Positions 1 to 10,730 of a DNA stretch of 64,000 bases are shown here, one piece after another. Source of the DNA: an uncultured bacterium. Its GTDB lineage: Bacteria > Babelota > Babeliae > Babelales > Babelaceae. The stretch's first letter is position 1. Each line of letters begins with the position of its first letter. A model generated the notes under the pieces. The model saw only the letters and a list, made by a program, of their open reading frames with translations. It did not search any database and was not told the DNA's origin. The stretch covers positions 1,280,001 through 1,344,000 of the forward strand of contig CAWFXL010000001.1 of assembly GCA_963819815.1 (NCBI GenBank), in the 5' to 3' direction. Position numbers and translations under genes: made by a program.

Positions 1-1
1 T

Positions 2-970
2 GGTGAAGATCTCTATAATTTCTTTATTAGATGTGGATGGACGAATCTTATCGGGCAGTATTCACAAGGTGGTAAGAAGTATCTCACGTGGCGCCATGGA
101 GCTCTGGTAAAATTAACGATGGATTTTTTTAGGGATGCAAAGCCGGATTTGATTATCTCGGTGATGCCTTTTGTAAATGGAGCTCTTTTAGAAGCTTGCG
201 AAAAACTCGATATTCCCTTTCTAGTTCTCACCAACGATCTTGATACGACTAATTATTTGACCGGAGTTCATCCACCCTATTTTAAAAAGTTCCGCTATAC
301 GCTTGCATTTGATGATCCAGGTCTCTGGGGGAAAATTTCCGAGGCTCAGATACCCAAAGAGCGGGTTATTATCACCGGCTTTCCCCTGCGTCCTGAATTT
401 TATACCCCCAAAAACATCGCAGCATTGAAGGATAAGTTCGAGATACCGTCTAAAAAGCCAGTGGTCATGGTTTTTATGGGAGGTGCAGGCTCCCAATCAA
501 GTTATCGCTATGTCAGACAACTTGCACGACTCGGTATGCCTATGCATATCATTGTATGTTTAGGTCGAAATGAACGACTGAAACGAAATATTAATAAGAT
601 CTTCCTCCCCGAAGGAATTACGATATCAGTTTTTGGGTATACCAACCAAATTGCTGATCTAATGGCCATATCTGATGTATTAATCACGAAACCCGGTCCC
701 AATTCGGTGTGTGAAGCGTTGATGTTACGAGTTCCCATGATTCTTGATAAGACTCAAGGGACGATCTTTTGGGAACAGCTCAATATTGATTTTATGGTTA
801 AACATGGGTTTGCGGAACCTTTAGATGATTATGATTGTCTCAAGGACATACTTCCCAAATACTTTAAGGATAGTGAGTATACCGACACTATAAAAAAAAG
901 GATGGCGGCTTTTTCATGCGAAAGATATGATCAGACTATCGTAAGGGTTGTGAAAAATATGCTTTCATAG
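2..970 (+). CDS. MGDG synthase/UgtP-like diacylglycerol glycosyltransferase (GT28), 5'-truncated by window
   Basis: Frame open from base 2. PDLIIS, TGFPLRPEF, MGGAGS, DLMAISDVLITKPG and E-x2-N motifs. Confidence 0.85.
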   Translation, partial: GEDLYNFFIRCGWTNLIGQYSQGGKKYLTWRHGALVKLTMDFFRDAKPDLIISVMPFVNGALLEACEKLDIPFLVLTNDLDTTNYLTGVHPPYFKKFRYTLAFDDPGLWGKISEAQIPKERVIITGFPLRPEFYTPKNIAALKDKFEIPSKKPVVMVFMGGAGSQSSYRYVRQLARLGMPMHIIVCLGRNERLKRNINKIFLPEGITISVFGYTNQIADLMAISDVLITKPGPNSVCEALMLRVPMILDKTQGTIFWEQLNIDFMVKHGFAEPLDDYDCLKDILPKYFKDSEYTDTIKKRMAAFSCERYDQTIVRVVKNMLS

Positions 971-1000
971 TATACTGGTAGTATAAAAGAAAGGAATTTT

Positions 1001-2071
1001 ATGAAAAAAAGTTACACCATTGCCCTTGTTTCCCTCTTCTTGTTACCCATTGGCCTTTGTGCTGAGCCCCGAGTTCTTTTGCTTGATTTGGGGGGTCTAT
1101 TTTATAAATTTTCAGCATTTTCCTATACCCAAGAACTTGGCCTTGGGAACATAATCTCCTATGCAATACGTGATTTTAAGAATCCAAAAGGATTAGAAAA
1201 AATTATTTTTGGGATGCTTCAATCAATCCCTGAAGATGAAATTCGTCAACATTCTGATGATTTTGACCAGACTGTCTGGTATAAAAAATTACTGGCAAAG
1301 GGATCGGCTGAAAAAATAGAAGCCCCACATATAACTCCTACAAGAAGCACATCTGGAAAAGAGCTTCCGTACCTAATTAGTGCGTATCAAGCAGGCCATA
1401 TCTCGGATAAGGCCGCCATGGCTCTCGCCTATAAAAAGCTTGAAGAGCTCAAGGCACAGGGATATGGTCAGGGACACTTCTTGGCGAGTGATCGCGAGGC
1501 ATATCTTGTGGCGGAAGCGATTCGACTCATATTTACTCCAGAGGTTAATGCTGCAATGAATAGTGAGCTTACAGATGGCGTTAAACTTCTTCAGGAGTTA
1601 GCTTCGCAAAATAATGAAGATGGGACCAAGAAGTTTGTTTTGGCTGCCCTTTCAAATGCGGATAAGCGGGCTGCGCGTATTCTCGAAGTGCGCTTTAAAA
1701 AGAGTGTTTTTAGCAAGTTCCAGCATCTTTTTTATTCGGGCGATTTAGGCACCATTAAGCCAAATGATGAGGCATACATGCTTACATTTGAAGAGCTTAA
1801 TAAGTTGCCAGAGTTCAGGGAGCATCCCTTAACCCTTGATGATATCGTATTTATGGACGATCAACCTGAAAATATTATTGCTGCAAAGCGCGTTGGTATT
1901 CAGAATGCAATTCTCTATAAAAACGCTGAACAAGCGCGAGAAGAACTCGTAAAGCTTGGAGTACTAGCTCCAAAAGTTGAGATTCCGAGCTCTATTACCC
2001 TTACAAATTCTTTGGTCGCAGGAGGCGTAGTCCTTAGCGGAGCATATCTTGCGTACCAGTACTGTAGTTAG
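1001..2071 (+). CDS. HAD-superfamily hydrolase with signal peptide and C-terminal hydrophobic anchor
   Basis: LLDLGG motif I, LSN, IKP and FMDDQPENI motifs. Confidence 0.75.
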   Translation: MKKSYTIALVSLFLLPIGLCAEPRVLLLDLGGLFYKFSAFSYTQELGLGNIISYAIRDFKNPKGLEKIIFGMLQSIPEDEIRQHSDDFDQTVWYKKLLAKGSAEKIEAPHITPTRSTSGKELPYLISAYQAGHISDKAAMALAYKKLEELKAQGYGQGHFLASDREAYLVAEAIRLIFTPEVNAAMNSELTDGVKLLQELASQNNEDGTKKFVLAALSNADKRAARILEVRFKKSVFSKFQHLFYSGDLGTIKPNDEAYMLTFEELNKLPEFREHPLTLDDIVFMDDQPENIIAAKRVGIQNAILYKNAEQAREELVKLGVLAPKVEIPSSITLTNSLVAGGVVLSGAYLAYQYCS

Positions 2072-2187
2072 TTAAGCTTCCCTGATTTCTAAGGACTAAG
2101 TCATACTCTTTTCTTTTTGTGAGAGGGGAAAGATAATCTGTTTTTGCTTATGTACTGAGCAAACACATTACTTATCCACCCATGAAC

Positions 2188-3501
2188 TCATACTTCGGTT
2201 AGCTGTAACGCAATGTTTTTTATACGGTCTTTGATGGTCTGATGAATGTGTTCATCCGAAGGGTTCCTAAGGATGATATCTATCGAATCAATAGCATCGT
2301 AGGTCTGCTCTTCAGTTATATTCCTTGCTGCACAGGCAAGAGTACCGAGTCGAATGCCGCTTGTAATGAGCGGCTTTTGAGGGTCAAAGGGTATCGCACT
2401 TCGACTGACTAAAATACCGACTTTTTCTAAGAGTGCTTCGGCTGCTCGTCCTGTGGTATCAAGGTTAGTAAGATCGATAACAAATAGATGGCAATCTGTG
2501 CCTCCAGATACGATACGATATCCACGCTTTTCAAATGCTCGAGTCATGAACTTAGCAAGAGCAATACTTTTCTTCATATACTCAACAAAATCTGCTCTTG
2601 AGGCAAGATGGAAAGCGACTCCTTTAGCCGCAATATTATTCATTGAGGGCCCGCCCTGGGTGCCCGGAAAAACAGCCCTATCGACCCGTTCTTGGTGTAT
2701 TTTTTTGCATAAAATGAAACCTCCACGTGGTCCACGAAGTGTTTTGTGGGTAGTTCCTGTGACAAAGTCTGCGTAAGGAAAAGGGCTTGGAAATATTTCT
2801 GCTGCAATGAGTCCTGCGGTATGAGCAATGTCTACAAGAAGGTACGCATTCACCGATTGAGCTATTTTTTGAAACTTCTCAAGGTCTATGAGGCGACTAT
2901 AGGAAGAGCCGCCGGTAATGATGAGTTTTGGTTTGTGAAATTGGGCAAGGTTATTAAGAGCTTCGTAATCGATATACTCGGTTTTAGGATCCACGGTGTA
3001 CGCGATGCTTTTGTAGAACATGCCAGAAAAGCTTACCGGGTGTCCATGAGTTAAATGGCCTCCACAGGATAAGCTCAATCCCATGAGGATATCTCCAGGT
3101 TCTAGTACTGATGAAAGCACTGCCATATTTGCTTGAGAACCTGAATGAGGCTGAACATTTGCATGTTCTCCGCGGAAAAGGGCCTTGCAGCGCTCTACAG
3201 TTAGAGTCTCTACTTCGTCGCTTGCCGAGCATCCTGGGTAGTACCTTTTACCAGGGTACCCTTCAGCGTAGACATTGGTTAATACAGACCCAAGGACTTC
3301 ACGAACTGCATCATAAGCATAATTCTCTGACGCAATGAAGTTTAGGGATTCTCGTTGGGCCTGCACTTCTTCGAAGATATATGATGAGATTTGTGGATCA
3401 AGGGTGTGCAATAAGTTTTTATAATCTTTGCCATCTTTGTTAAGAAAAGGATGGTTATCTAAGAAGTGCAACGTATCATCAGTCATAGAATACCTTTTCA
3501 T
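2188..3501 (-). CDS. glyA: Serine hydroxymethyltransferase
   Basis: IASENY, YAEGYPGKRYY, GGHLTHG, TTHKTLRGPRGG. Confidence 0.97.
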   Translation of the reverse strand: MKRYSMTDDTLHFLDNHPFLNKDGKDYKNLLHTLDPQISSYIFEEVQAQRESLNFIASENYAYDAVREVLGSVLTNVYAEGYPGKRYYPGCSASDEVETLTVERCKALFRGEHANVQPHSGSQANMAVLSSVLEPGDILMGLSLSCGGHLTHGHPVSFSGMFYKSIAYTVDPKTEYIDYEALNNLAQFHKPKLIITGGSSYSRLIDLEKFQKIAQSVNAYLLVDIAHTAGLIAAEIFPSPFPYADFVTGTTHKTLRGPRGGFILCKKIHQERVDRAVFPGTQGGPSMNNIAAKGVAFHLASRADFVEYMKKSIALAKFMTRAFEKRGYRIVSGGTDCHLFVIDLTNLDTTGRAAEALLEKVGILVSRSAIPFDPQKPLITSGIRLGTLACAARNITEEQTYDAIDSIDIILRNPSDEHIHQTIKDRIKNIALQLTEV

Positions 3502-3859
3502 ACCAAGATGCGATTATTTTATTCCAGACTAGGATATTTTGATGCGAAGGAGCTGTCAAGTGAGTAAAAAACCAGTGAGGACAGGCGATTGGCCAAAAAG
3601 GTCAATTGGAGGCGTTCTTGCGCCTTCTAAGCTATGAATGAGCCTTCTATGAAGCCCTTTCTAATCGATAGGCTCATTTTTTGTTTTTTCTTTAAAATGA
3701 AGAACAGATCCTGTTGGGAGCCAAGAAAGCCGCAGGGAGAGAATTGTATAAGAAATGCTAGGCGAGGATAATAACTCTCATACTGGAGATTGATTCTTTT
3801 TTTATATTGATTATACTGAAAAAAAGTTTGAAAATCTTACTTTTAACAAAGGAACGGCC

Positions 3860-4432
3860 GTGGTATTAGCTGGAGATTTGCGTAAGGGAACTAAGATACT
3901 CTTTAGAGGTGAGCCGTATTCGGTTACTGAATATCAGCACGTAAAGCCTGGTAAGGGTGGTGCCTTTATGCGTACCAAAATGAAAAACCTTATCTCTGGC
4001 AATATACATGAAGAAACCTTTCGTTCCGAGGAAAAACTAGAATCTCCCGACTTAGAATTTAAAGATATGCTCTACCTCTATGAGCAGGACGGGCTTTACG
4101 AGTTTCTCGATCAAGAATCGTATGAACAGATAGCATTTAGCAAGGACCAGATAAGTGAGGTCCTTGATTATCTTAAAGAGCAAACAGCCTATAGTGTACT
4201 TTATTTTAATGAGAAACCGATTACGGTGACCCCTCCATTGTTTATGGAACTTGCGGTGAAAGAGACTCCGCCTGGAGTGCGCGGTGATACGGCACAAGGT
4301 GGTGCTACGAAACCTGCAACCTTAGAAACAGGTCTGGTGATACAGGTGCCTCTATTTGTGAATGAAGGTAATATCATTAAAATAGATACCCGCGAGGGTA
4401 AATATATAGAACGGGTCGATGCTAAAAAATAA
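3860..4432 (+). CDS. efp: Elongation factor P
   Basis: HVKPGKGGAF, PGVRGDT, KPATLETG. Confidence 0.97.
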   Translation: MVLAGDLRKGTKILFRGEPYSVTEYQHVKPGKGGAFMRTKMKNLISGNIHEETFRSEEKLESPDLEFKDMLYLYEQDGLYEFLDQESYEQIAFSKDQISEVLDYLKEQTAYSVLYFNEKPITVTPPLFMELAVKETPPGVRGDTAQGGATKPATLETGLVIQVPLFVNEGNIIKIDTREGKYIERVDAKK

Positions 4433-4434
4433 TC

Positions 4435-4959
4435 ATGTGCATGAATAGCGATATGCGCGACGAGAGTGGTAGCGAGCAGATGCCAGAGTTTAGCGAGAGT
4501 TATTCAGATCTTCTTTGTTCAGACCTTACCGTCACAGAGCAGCGTTCTTTAATTTTCCAAGTGCTCTATGCAGTTGATGCCTTTGATTATGAAGTTTCCC
4601 TAGAGTCTATAGTTGATAATCTTTCTCGAGGGTTTGGTGTTATTATACCCCAGGATAGTATTGTTTTTAAAACAGCCCTGGCAGTCTCTTCAGACCGTGC
4701 GGTCCTTGATGTGCAGATTACGCCTCTCATAGAAAATTGGCGATTTGACCGACTTGGCATAGCAACAAAGCTTATTCTTCGCTTTGCCGTCTGGGAATTG
4801 CAGCATTCAAGCACTGACGCAGCCGTGATTATAAATGAAGCCGTCGAGCTCGCTAAATGTTTTGCAGAAAAAGATGCCTATAAGTTCATTAATGGAATCC
4901 TTGATGAATTTCTTAAAAGCCGCGGCATTGAAAAAGATTCTCTCTTGACCAAACAATAG
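4435..4959 (+). CDS. nusB: Transcription antitermination factor NusB
   Basis: VIINEAVELAK and FINGILD; follows efp. Confidence 0.93.
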   Translation: MCMNSDMRDESGSEQMPEFSESYSDLLCSDLTVTEQRSLIFQVLYAVDAFDYEVSLESIVDNLSRGFGVIIPQDSIVFKTALAVSSDRAVLDVQITPLIENWRFDRLGIATKLILRFAVWELQHSSTDAAVIINEAVELAKCFAEKDAYKFINGILDEFLKSRGIEKDSLLTKQ

Positions 4960-5013
4960 CTGATTTTTCCATGCCTAATTAAGTGCAAGAACGCTTGAAT
5001 TATGAAGAGAAGA

Positions 5014-5046
5014 CAAATGGGGATAGATAGTATCTATCCCCATTTG
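5014..5046 (-). terminator. Intrinsic terminator of rpsA-ndk, between convergent nusB and ndk
   Basis: Perfect 16-bp inverted repeat caaatggggatagata-g-tatctatccccatttg just after the ndk stop. Confidence 0.75.
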
Positions 5047-5049
5047 AGA

Positions 5050-5457
5050 TTACATATTTGGAAAGAAGAAAGGAACTTCAACTCGCGCAGTTTCAGGAGC
5101 ATCAGAACCATGGGTTGTATTGCTTCCTATGGAGATGCCAAACATTTTACGGATGGTTCCTATGGCGGCCGCTGTAGGGTTTGTTGCTCCCATGAGATCG
5201 CGCCAGTCTTTAATAGCATTCTCTTTTTCAAGCACCATAACGATAACCGGTCCTTTGGTCATGCTTTCAACAAGCTCACCGTAGAAGGGTCTCTCTTTAT
5301 GTACAGCATAGAACTTTTCAGCCTCAGTTTTTGAGAGGTGAACTTTTTTCATGCCGGCGATTGAGAACTTATTCAATTCTATAATCGAAATAATCATACC
5401 GCTTTGTCCAAGCGCTACGGCATCCGGTTTAATAATGGCAAGCGTTCTTTCAACCAT
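5050..5457 (-). CDS. ndk: Nucleoside diphosphate kinase
   Basis: ERTLAIIKPDAV, HKERPF, NTTHGSD. Confidence 0.97.
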   Translation of the reverse strand: MVERTLAIIKPDAVALGQSGMIISIIELNKFSIAGMKKVHLSKTEAEKFYAVHKERPFYGELVESMTKGPVIVMVLEKENAIKDWRDLMGATNPTAAAIGTIRKMFGISIGSNTTHGSDAPETARVEVPFFFPNM

Positions 5458-5483
5458 GAAAGGCTCCTTTGTTATTCAGCACG

Positions 5484-7313
5484 TTATTCATCATCTGAAG
5501 AGCCTTCTTTTGACTCATCTTGTTTTCGTGCAGCATGCTTCTCAAGCTCAAGCTGAAGCTGTGATTTTTGCTTAGGAGCAGCTGGAGCTGCAGCCGTTTC
5601 AGGCTTCTTGCGAGCAATAGTAGGAGCTTTTTCTTTTTTACTCTTTTCTTTAGCAGCTGCTGAAGCAGCAACTTCTTCATCGCTACGCAGACTCAAGCCA
5701 AGCTTATGCTCTTCAGGACTTACTTTGATGACTTTAAAGGTTCTGGATTCTCCAATTTTAAGGATGTCCTCTACCTTCTCTGCATCTCCGCCAAGTTCAG
5801 AAACGTGCACAAGTCCTTCTATGCCAGAAGGAAGTTTTACGAAAGCACCAAAGTTAGTTATTTTACTCACTTCGCCCTCGACAGAAGAACCTACAGGGTA
5901 TTTCTCCACAATGTCTTCCCAAGGATTTGGAGTGAGTTGCTTGATGCCCAAGGAGATCTTCTTACTCTCTTTATTGATGCCGGTAATTACCGCTTCTACA
6001 AGATCACCTTTTTTATAGCGATCTGCAGGATGTTCAATATGCTCAGTCCATGAGAAGTCTGAGATATGCACAAGGCCATCAATCCCTGGAGCTAATTGAA
6101 TAAAGATACCAAACTCAGTTACGTTGCTTACTTTGCCCGTAATCTTCTGTCCGACTTCATATTTTTCGCTGATGGCATCCCAAGGATTTTGTTCAAGCTG
6201 TTTCACGCTTAAGGACATGCGACGATTTTCTTTATCAAGTGACACAATAAGTGCTTCTACTTTGTCACCAACCTTGTAGTATTTATGAAGATCGGTAATA
6301 CGATCAATCCATGATACTTCTGAGATATGGATAAGTCCTTCAACCCCAGGTACTACTTCAACAAAAAGCCCATAATCGGTGATACTTGATATAGTACCTT
6401 TAACTTTTGAGCCTATTTTGATTGACTCATCAATAGCTTCCCATGGATTTTCAGCAAGTTGCTTCATGCCCAATGAGATCTTTTCATGCTCTTTATCAAA
6501 CGAAAGAATCTTAACGGTTACCTTATCGCCAATTTTAACGAGCTCACTAGGGTGTCCGATGCGTCCCCAGGTCATATCGGTAATGTGAAGAAGTCCGTCA
6601 ACGCCTCCAATGTCGATAAATACCCCGTATTTGGTGATATTTTTAACCGTTCCTTGAACGACTGAACCAACATCAAGTGTTTCAAGTACTTTTTTGCGAC
6701 TTTCAGTACGCTCTTCATTCAAATATTTACGACGGGAAATGATCACATTGCCCCGTTTTTGATTAACTTTGATAATATGGGCAACAATGTTTTGGCCAAC
6801 GAACTGATCAAAATCAGCAACACGTTGGGTATCGACTTGTGATCCCGGTAAGAATGCAGGGATACCAATATCAACACTTAAGCCACCCTTAACTTTATGG
6901 GTAACCATACCTTCAACAGGCTTATTTTCATTGTAGAGCTTCATGATAGAGCTCCACGCTTTGAGCGCTTTCGCTTTCTCATAGGAGAGCATGACAGTGC
7001 CTACATGGTTCTCAAGCTCATCGAGCATAACTTCTAGGGTCGAACCGGGCTTTAATGCTTTGAGCTCATGTTGGGTAAATTCATACCCAGGGATAAGGCC
7101 ATCTGATTTGTAGCCGATATTTATAAGAACCCCATCAGAGTCAACCTTCAGGACGGTTCCTGAGATGATTGCTCCTTGGCGGAATGAATCTGCTATGCCT
7201 TCATAGAGGGAAGCAAGGTCTTTTTTTTGTGCCTCATTGAGGGTAAATCCAGTATCCTCAAGAGGTTGTTCTACGGTGCGAAATTGCGACGAGCGCAACA
7301 TCTCTTTTGCCAT
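5484..7313 (-). CDS. rpsA: 30S ribosomal protein S1
   Basis: Six S1 repeats (YGVFIDIGGVDGLLHITD etc.). Confidence 0.97.
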   Translation of the reverse strand: MAKEMLRSSQFRTVEQPLEDTGFTLNEAQKKDLASLYEGIADSFRQGAIISGTVLKVDSDGVLINIGYKSDGLIPGYEFTQHELKALKPGSTLEVMLDELENHVGTVMLSYEKAKALKAWSSIMKLYNENKPVEGMVTHKVKGGLSVDIGIPAFLPGSQVDTQRVADFDQFVGQNIVAHIIKVNQKRGNVIISRRKYLNEERTESRKKVLETLDVGSVVQGTVKNITKYGVFIDIGGVDGLLHITDMTWGRIGHPSELVKIGDKVTVKILSFDKEHEKISLGMKQLAENPWEAIDESIKIGSKVKGTISSITDYGLFVEVVPGVEGLIHISEVSWIDRITDLHKYYKVGDKVEALIVSLDKENRRMSLSVKQLEQNPWDAISEKYEVGQKITGKVSNVTEFGIFIQLAPGIDGLVHISDFSWTEHIEHPADRYKKGDLVEAVITGINKESKKISLGIKQLTPNPWEDIVEKYPVGSSVEGEVSKITNFGAFVKLPSGIEGLVHVSELGGDAEKVEDILKIGESRTFKVIKVSPEEHKLGLSLRSDEEVAASAAAKEKSKKEKAPTIARKKPETAAAPAAPKQKSQLQLELEKHAARKQDESKEGSSDDE

Positions 7314-7557
7314 GTATATATGCTCCTAGAGTATAGTTACCGATGAGAACCATAGGTAAGGTTGTAGGGTTTAACTGATACAATACTAGATCACTATACT
7401 ACGATTCTGCCTTTTTATCAATATGGGCCCACAAGTGGGCAAAAAAAGACTGCCATGGGCTATGGAAAATATCTATCTGCAAAGCTTTAGGTGCACACGG
7501 TTGGGTTAAGTTAGGATGGAACCGACCTTTTCTAAATCAAAGATACAAGAACACTCT

Positions 7558-8413
7558 TCAACAGTTGTCAGTCTCTTCGATCTCATCTGGTTCAACCTTC
7601 ATACCTAACTTTTGAGCGAGCCCCTTGTTGGATGGGAAACAGATAAAAAACTTGTTAGAAACTTCATTAAAGTAAGTTACTTCATATTCACTAAAGAATT
7701 GGGGACATCTCTCTAAGAAAAAATTGATAAATACAAGATCCCTCAGTATCCAGTTTCTAAGTTCCAACAAACTGCTGCTCGTTTTTCTTGCAGGTTGAGC
7801 GAATGAACATTCAATGTGTTGTAAAAGATTATCACTATAAGCTAAAATGCCACCCAAAGGGTTTTTAGCACTATTTGTTTTCCAAAGAGGCCGGTATGCG
7901 CCTACGGGATACCTTTGACTTTTGAGCGTAAGCTGTCTTGCAAGAACTCGTATCATTTCTGGGTCGGCATCTTTTAACCTGTCTAGATTGTCGTGAGCAA
8001 AGTACGGATGATCAAGCGTAAACCAGGAAGGAAAGTCCCACCGGTTTCTTACATTTGCTACAAAATCAGCAGTAAGTTTGATCCTATCATATTCTTTTTT
8101 TTCTACATCACTTAAACGTTTTCTATTTAAACTCAATAGATCGTGCGAAGCGGCTTCTAAATGCGCTGGCAACACCCTCATTGTCTATGGGATGTTGAAG
8201 AAGTGACATCACTACTTCCCTTACATCGGCCAGTCTCACAGTTACTGGCAGTTGTTTTCTCTTTTCCATCCAAGTACTATGATCAATTGCACTTTCAAGG
8301 TAACCCGGGGGTGTAACTGCCGTTTCTTCTTTGACCATTGTCATAGCCGATTCAGAGCCAAAGATATTTGAGTTAACAAGTAATAAAGCGGATAGAACTA
8401 AGTGCTGTTTCAT
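7558..8413 (-). pseudogene. Frameshifted member of the tandem secreted paralog family (ORFs 8123-8413 and 7558-8181)
   Basis: N-terminus MKQHLVLSALLL..IFGSE matches the family. The expected continuation LEAASHDL (cf. IDAACEDL) is in another frame, shifting near 8160. Confidence 0.65.
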
Positions 8414-8493
8414 ACCTAACCTTCTTTTGTTCAAAGATTTTCGATCAAGTATAATTTTTCTAAAGGGTTCTGCAACAGGACGTGGTCTAAAAC

Positions 8494-9021
8494 TCACGTC
8501 AATCCCGTATAAATTAAGCAGACAACTGCCACACCTAGAAATAGAGTGCATGTTTGATAATCATCAATGATAGAGTATCTTGGTTGTAATGCTCTAATTA
8601 AATCAGTCTTTAGATTATTGCTTATTGGAAGTGGGCGTCCTCTATTTATTTTCGCCACAAGGGCAATTCTTATCAGTGTTGAGACATCCTCTACGCCCTT
8701 GGAACTTAACTCAGATTGATTGTGAAGCCATAAATCTGCAAGGTCTTCACATGCAGCATCAATAATATGATCTTTTGGTGCATCGTTGCTATTAAGAAGT
8801 GAAAGAAATAGAATCCTTGCATGAGTCAATCGGATATCTGCCGAGATTGTTTGTCTCATTTCCAACCAAGCTTGAGGAGTCTCTTTATTATAATTTGCAT
8901 AACTTGCGACTCTAGCAGGGGAGACTGGTTCAACGGTCTGATGTGCTGTGGTAGTGTGTTCAGATCCAAAAATACTCGAGCTCCCAAGGAGCACTACCGT
9001 TAGAATGAGATGTTTTTTCAT
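8494..9021 (-). CDS. Tandem-family secreted/membrane protein
   Basis: MKKHLILTVVLLGSSSIFGSE and ASYANY; C-terminal TM; ATGA overlap with the upstream paralog. Confidence 0.8.
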   Translation of the reverse strand: MKKHLILTVVLLGSSSIFGSEHTTTAHQTVEPVSPARVASYANYNKETPQAWLEMRQTISADIRLTHARILFLSLLNSNDAPKDHIIDAACEDLADLWLHNQSELSSKGVEDVSTLIRIALVAKINRGRPLPISNNLKTDLIRALQPRYSIIDDYQTCTLFLGVAVVCLIYTGLT

Positions 9022-9626
9022 AATAGATGAAGATGAAAGCCTGTCATGTACCCAAGCAAGCCGAGAGCTACCAGAATTGAAAAGGCGGTGCAGCAATTGT
9101 CTGCTTTGATTTCACGTTTATGCTCTGCTTTAGCGACAGTAGGGGTTCCGGTTTGTAGTAACATTCTACTTAGTTCAGCTTTTTGATTGTCCGCTAGAGG
9201 AGCTCCCCCTGCCTTTAATTTAAAAGCAACCATTGTTAACATTCCAAATTCCTTAAATTCCTTGTCCCCGAATTGTTCGTCCTTGAATGCCTCGTCATTT
9301 GAGTATTCATTAGTCACTAATAGACGATATACACCTATAAGGTCTTCAAGAGCAGCATCAAGAATATGATTGGGCACACTGTTGCTATGAAGAAGAGAAG
9401 TGAGGAGAGCTGCTTTTGCTTCAGCCATTCGTGTAACCACTAGGACCGCTTCTCTCTTTTTCAACCAAGTTTGAAGAGTATCTTTGCTATAATTTGCATA
9501 ATTTGCGGTTCTAGCAAAAGTGGCTGGCACAACAAGGTTGCGCGTTTTAGGTTTAGTAGCCGACTCAGATCCGAAAGCATATGGGCTTCCTAGGAGCACT
9601 ATTGCTAGAATAAGACGTTTTTTCAT
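9018..9626 (-). CDS. Tandem-family secreted/membrane protein
   Basis: MKKRLILAIVLLGSPYAFGSE, ANYANYSK, LDAALEDL; C-terminal TM. Confidence 0.8.
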   Translation of the reverse strand: MKKRLILAIVLLGSPYAFGSESATKPKTRNLVVPATFARTANYANYSKDTLQTWLKKREAVLVVTRMAEAKAALLTSLLHSNSVPNHILDAALEDLIGVYRLLVTNEYSNDEAFKDEQFGDKEFKEFGMLTMVAFKLKAGGAPLADNQKAELSRMLLQTGTPTVAKAEHKREIKADNCCTAFSILVALGLLGYMTGFHLHLL

Positions 9627-9816
9627 GGATAATCCTCAATTCAAAATGATTTCTTTGGGGCTGCATGGAACAAAATGCCTGTTTTTGCTTGTGCAGCTTT
9701 CGATCAAGTATAATTATTCTAAAAAGTACTGCAATGGGCACCTTTTAGTCAGATGCCCGTTGGTATTAGTCGAACGTTTAGTGTTCTGATCAAGAGTAAT
9801 TGTTCTCAAGAGTGCT

Positions 9817-9850
9817 TCAATTGGCACACCTCAAGAAGTGTGCCAATTGA
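9817..9850. terminator. 13-bp hairpin downstream of paralog 9867-10511
   Basis: tcaattggcacac-N8-gtgtgccaattga. Confidence 0.6.
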
Positions 9851-9866
9851 GTTAGCTAAAGATGTT

Positions 9867-10511
9867 CTAGTACTGGCGTAAGAGCGTATCTTGAAACTTA
9901 TAATAAATGAATTGCCATAGTATAGCGCTTGCCAAAGCTACATACAATCCATGCCCGATCTCATGATACATCAGATCGTATTCGCTGAGGTTATGTGTTG
10001 CCATCCAAATTGCAAAGCTGGCAACATAGACGCCAATGGTCGTTTCTCGCAGTGTTAACTTTCTATTAGACAACTGGGACTGTAATAATGAATTTACCTG
10101 AGCCTTTTGATCCTCCGTTAGAGGAAGCCCTGCCTGTGCTATCCTAGCGACTTCCGTTAGCCTGCTAAATTCTCTTACTTCCGCGTCATTTAGCTTAGAG
10201 TTATCAGTGATTCCGAGATGATATAAACCCGTAAGGTCTTCAATTAGTGCATCAAGAACATGCTTTGGTGCATTATTGCTTCGAAGAAAAGAAGTGATTA
10301 GAATCTTTGCCTCAGCCAATCGAATAGCTACAGGTACTGTATCTCTCGTTTCCAACCAAGCTTGTCGAGTCTCTTTGCTGTAATTTGCATAACTTGCGAT
10401 TCTATTGTCAGCTACTTGTTCAACGTTTTGACGTGCTGCAGTGGCCGATTCCGCTCCGAAAATACTTGAGCTCCCAAGGAGCGCTGTAGCTATAATAAGA
10501 TGCTTCTTCAT
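9867..10511 (-). CDS. Tandem-family secreted/membrane protein
   Basis: MKKHLIIATALLGSSSIFGAE; start chosen from the AAGGA RBS and family alignment. Confidence 0.8.
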   Translation of the reverse strand: MKKHLIIATALLGSSSIFGAESATAARQNVEQVADNRIASYANYSKETRQAWLETRDTVPVAIRLAEAKILITSFLRSNNAPKHVLDALIEDLTGLYHLGITDNSKLNDAEVREFSRLTEVARIAQAGLPLTEDQKAQVNSLLQSQLSNRKLTLRETTIGVYVASFAIWMATHNLSEYDLMYHEIGHGLYVALASAILWQFIYYKFQDTLLRQY

Positions 10512-10557
10512 AATAATCCTTAATGTAGAATGATTTCTTTTTGAACTTAATATAGCA

Positions 10558-10586
10558 AGTATAATAATTCTAACTGAAAGTGTCAA
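10558..10586 (-). promoter_or_regulatory. Sigma70 promoter, with related copies at 8448-8475, 9707-9734, 11384-11412 and 11627-11655
   Basis: TTGACA-17 bp-TATACT. Confidence 0.75.
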
Positions 10587-10730
10587 ATTCTCATTTATGA
10601 CAGCCTGGCGATCGTTTTTTGTCTGTGTTTGATCGGTGTTTTCATTAAAAATAAACCCTGTCTTCTTGACTAAAAAATTCAGGAAACCTTTGAAAGAGGA
10701 AGGTAATGATTACAGAGTCACTAAGCACCG

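Noticed and set aside
3605..3692. Two hairpins plus a T-run between glyA and efp as an sRNA or riboswitch
   Set aside because: Stems are short or large-looped, and no known motif was recognised.
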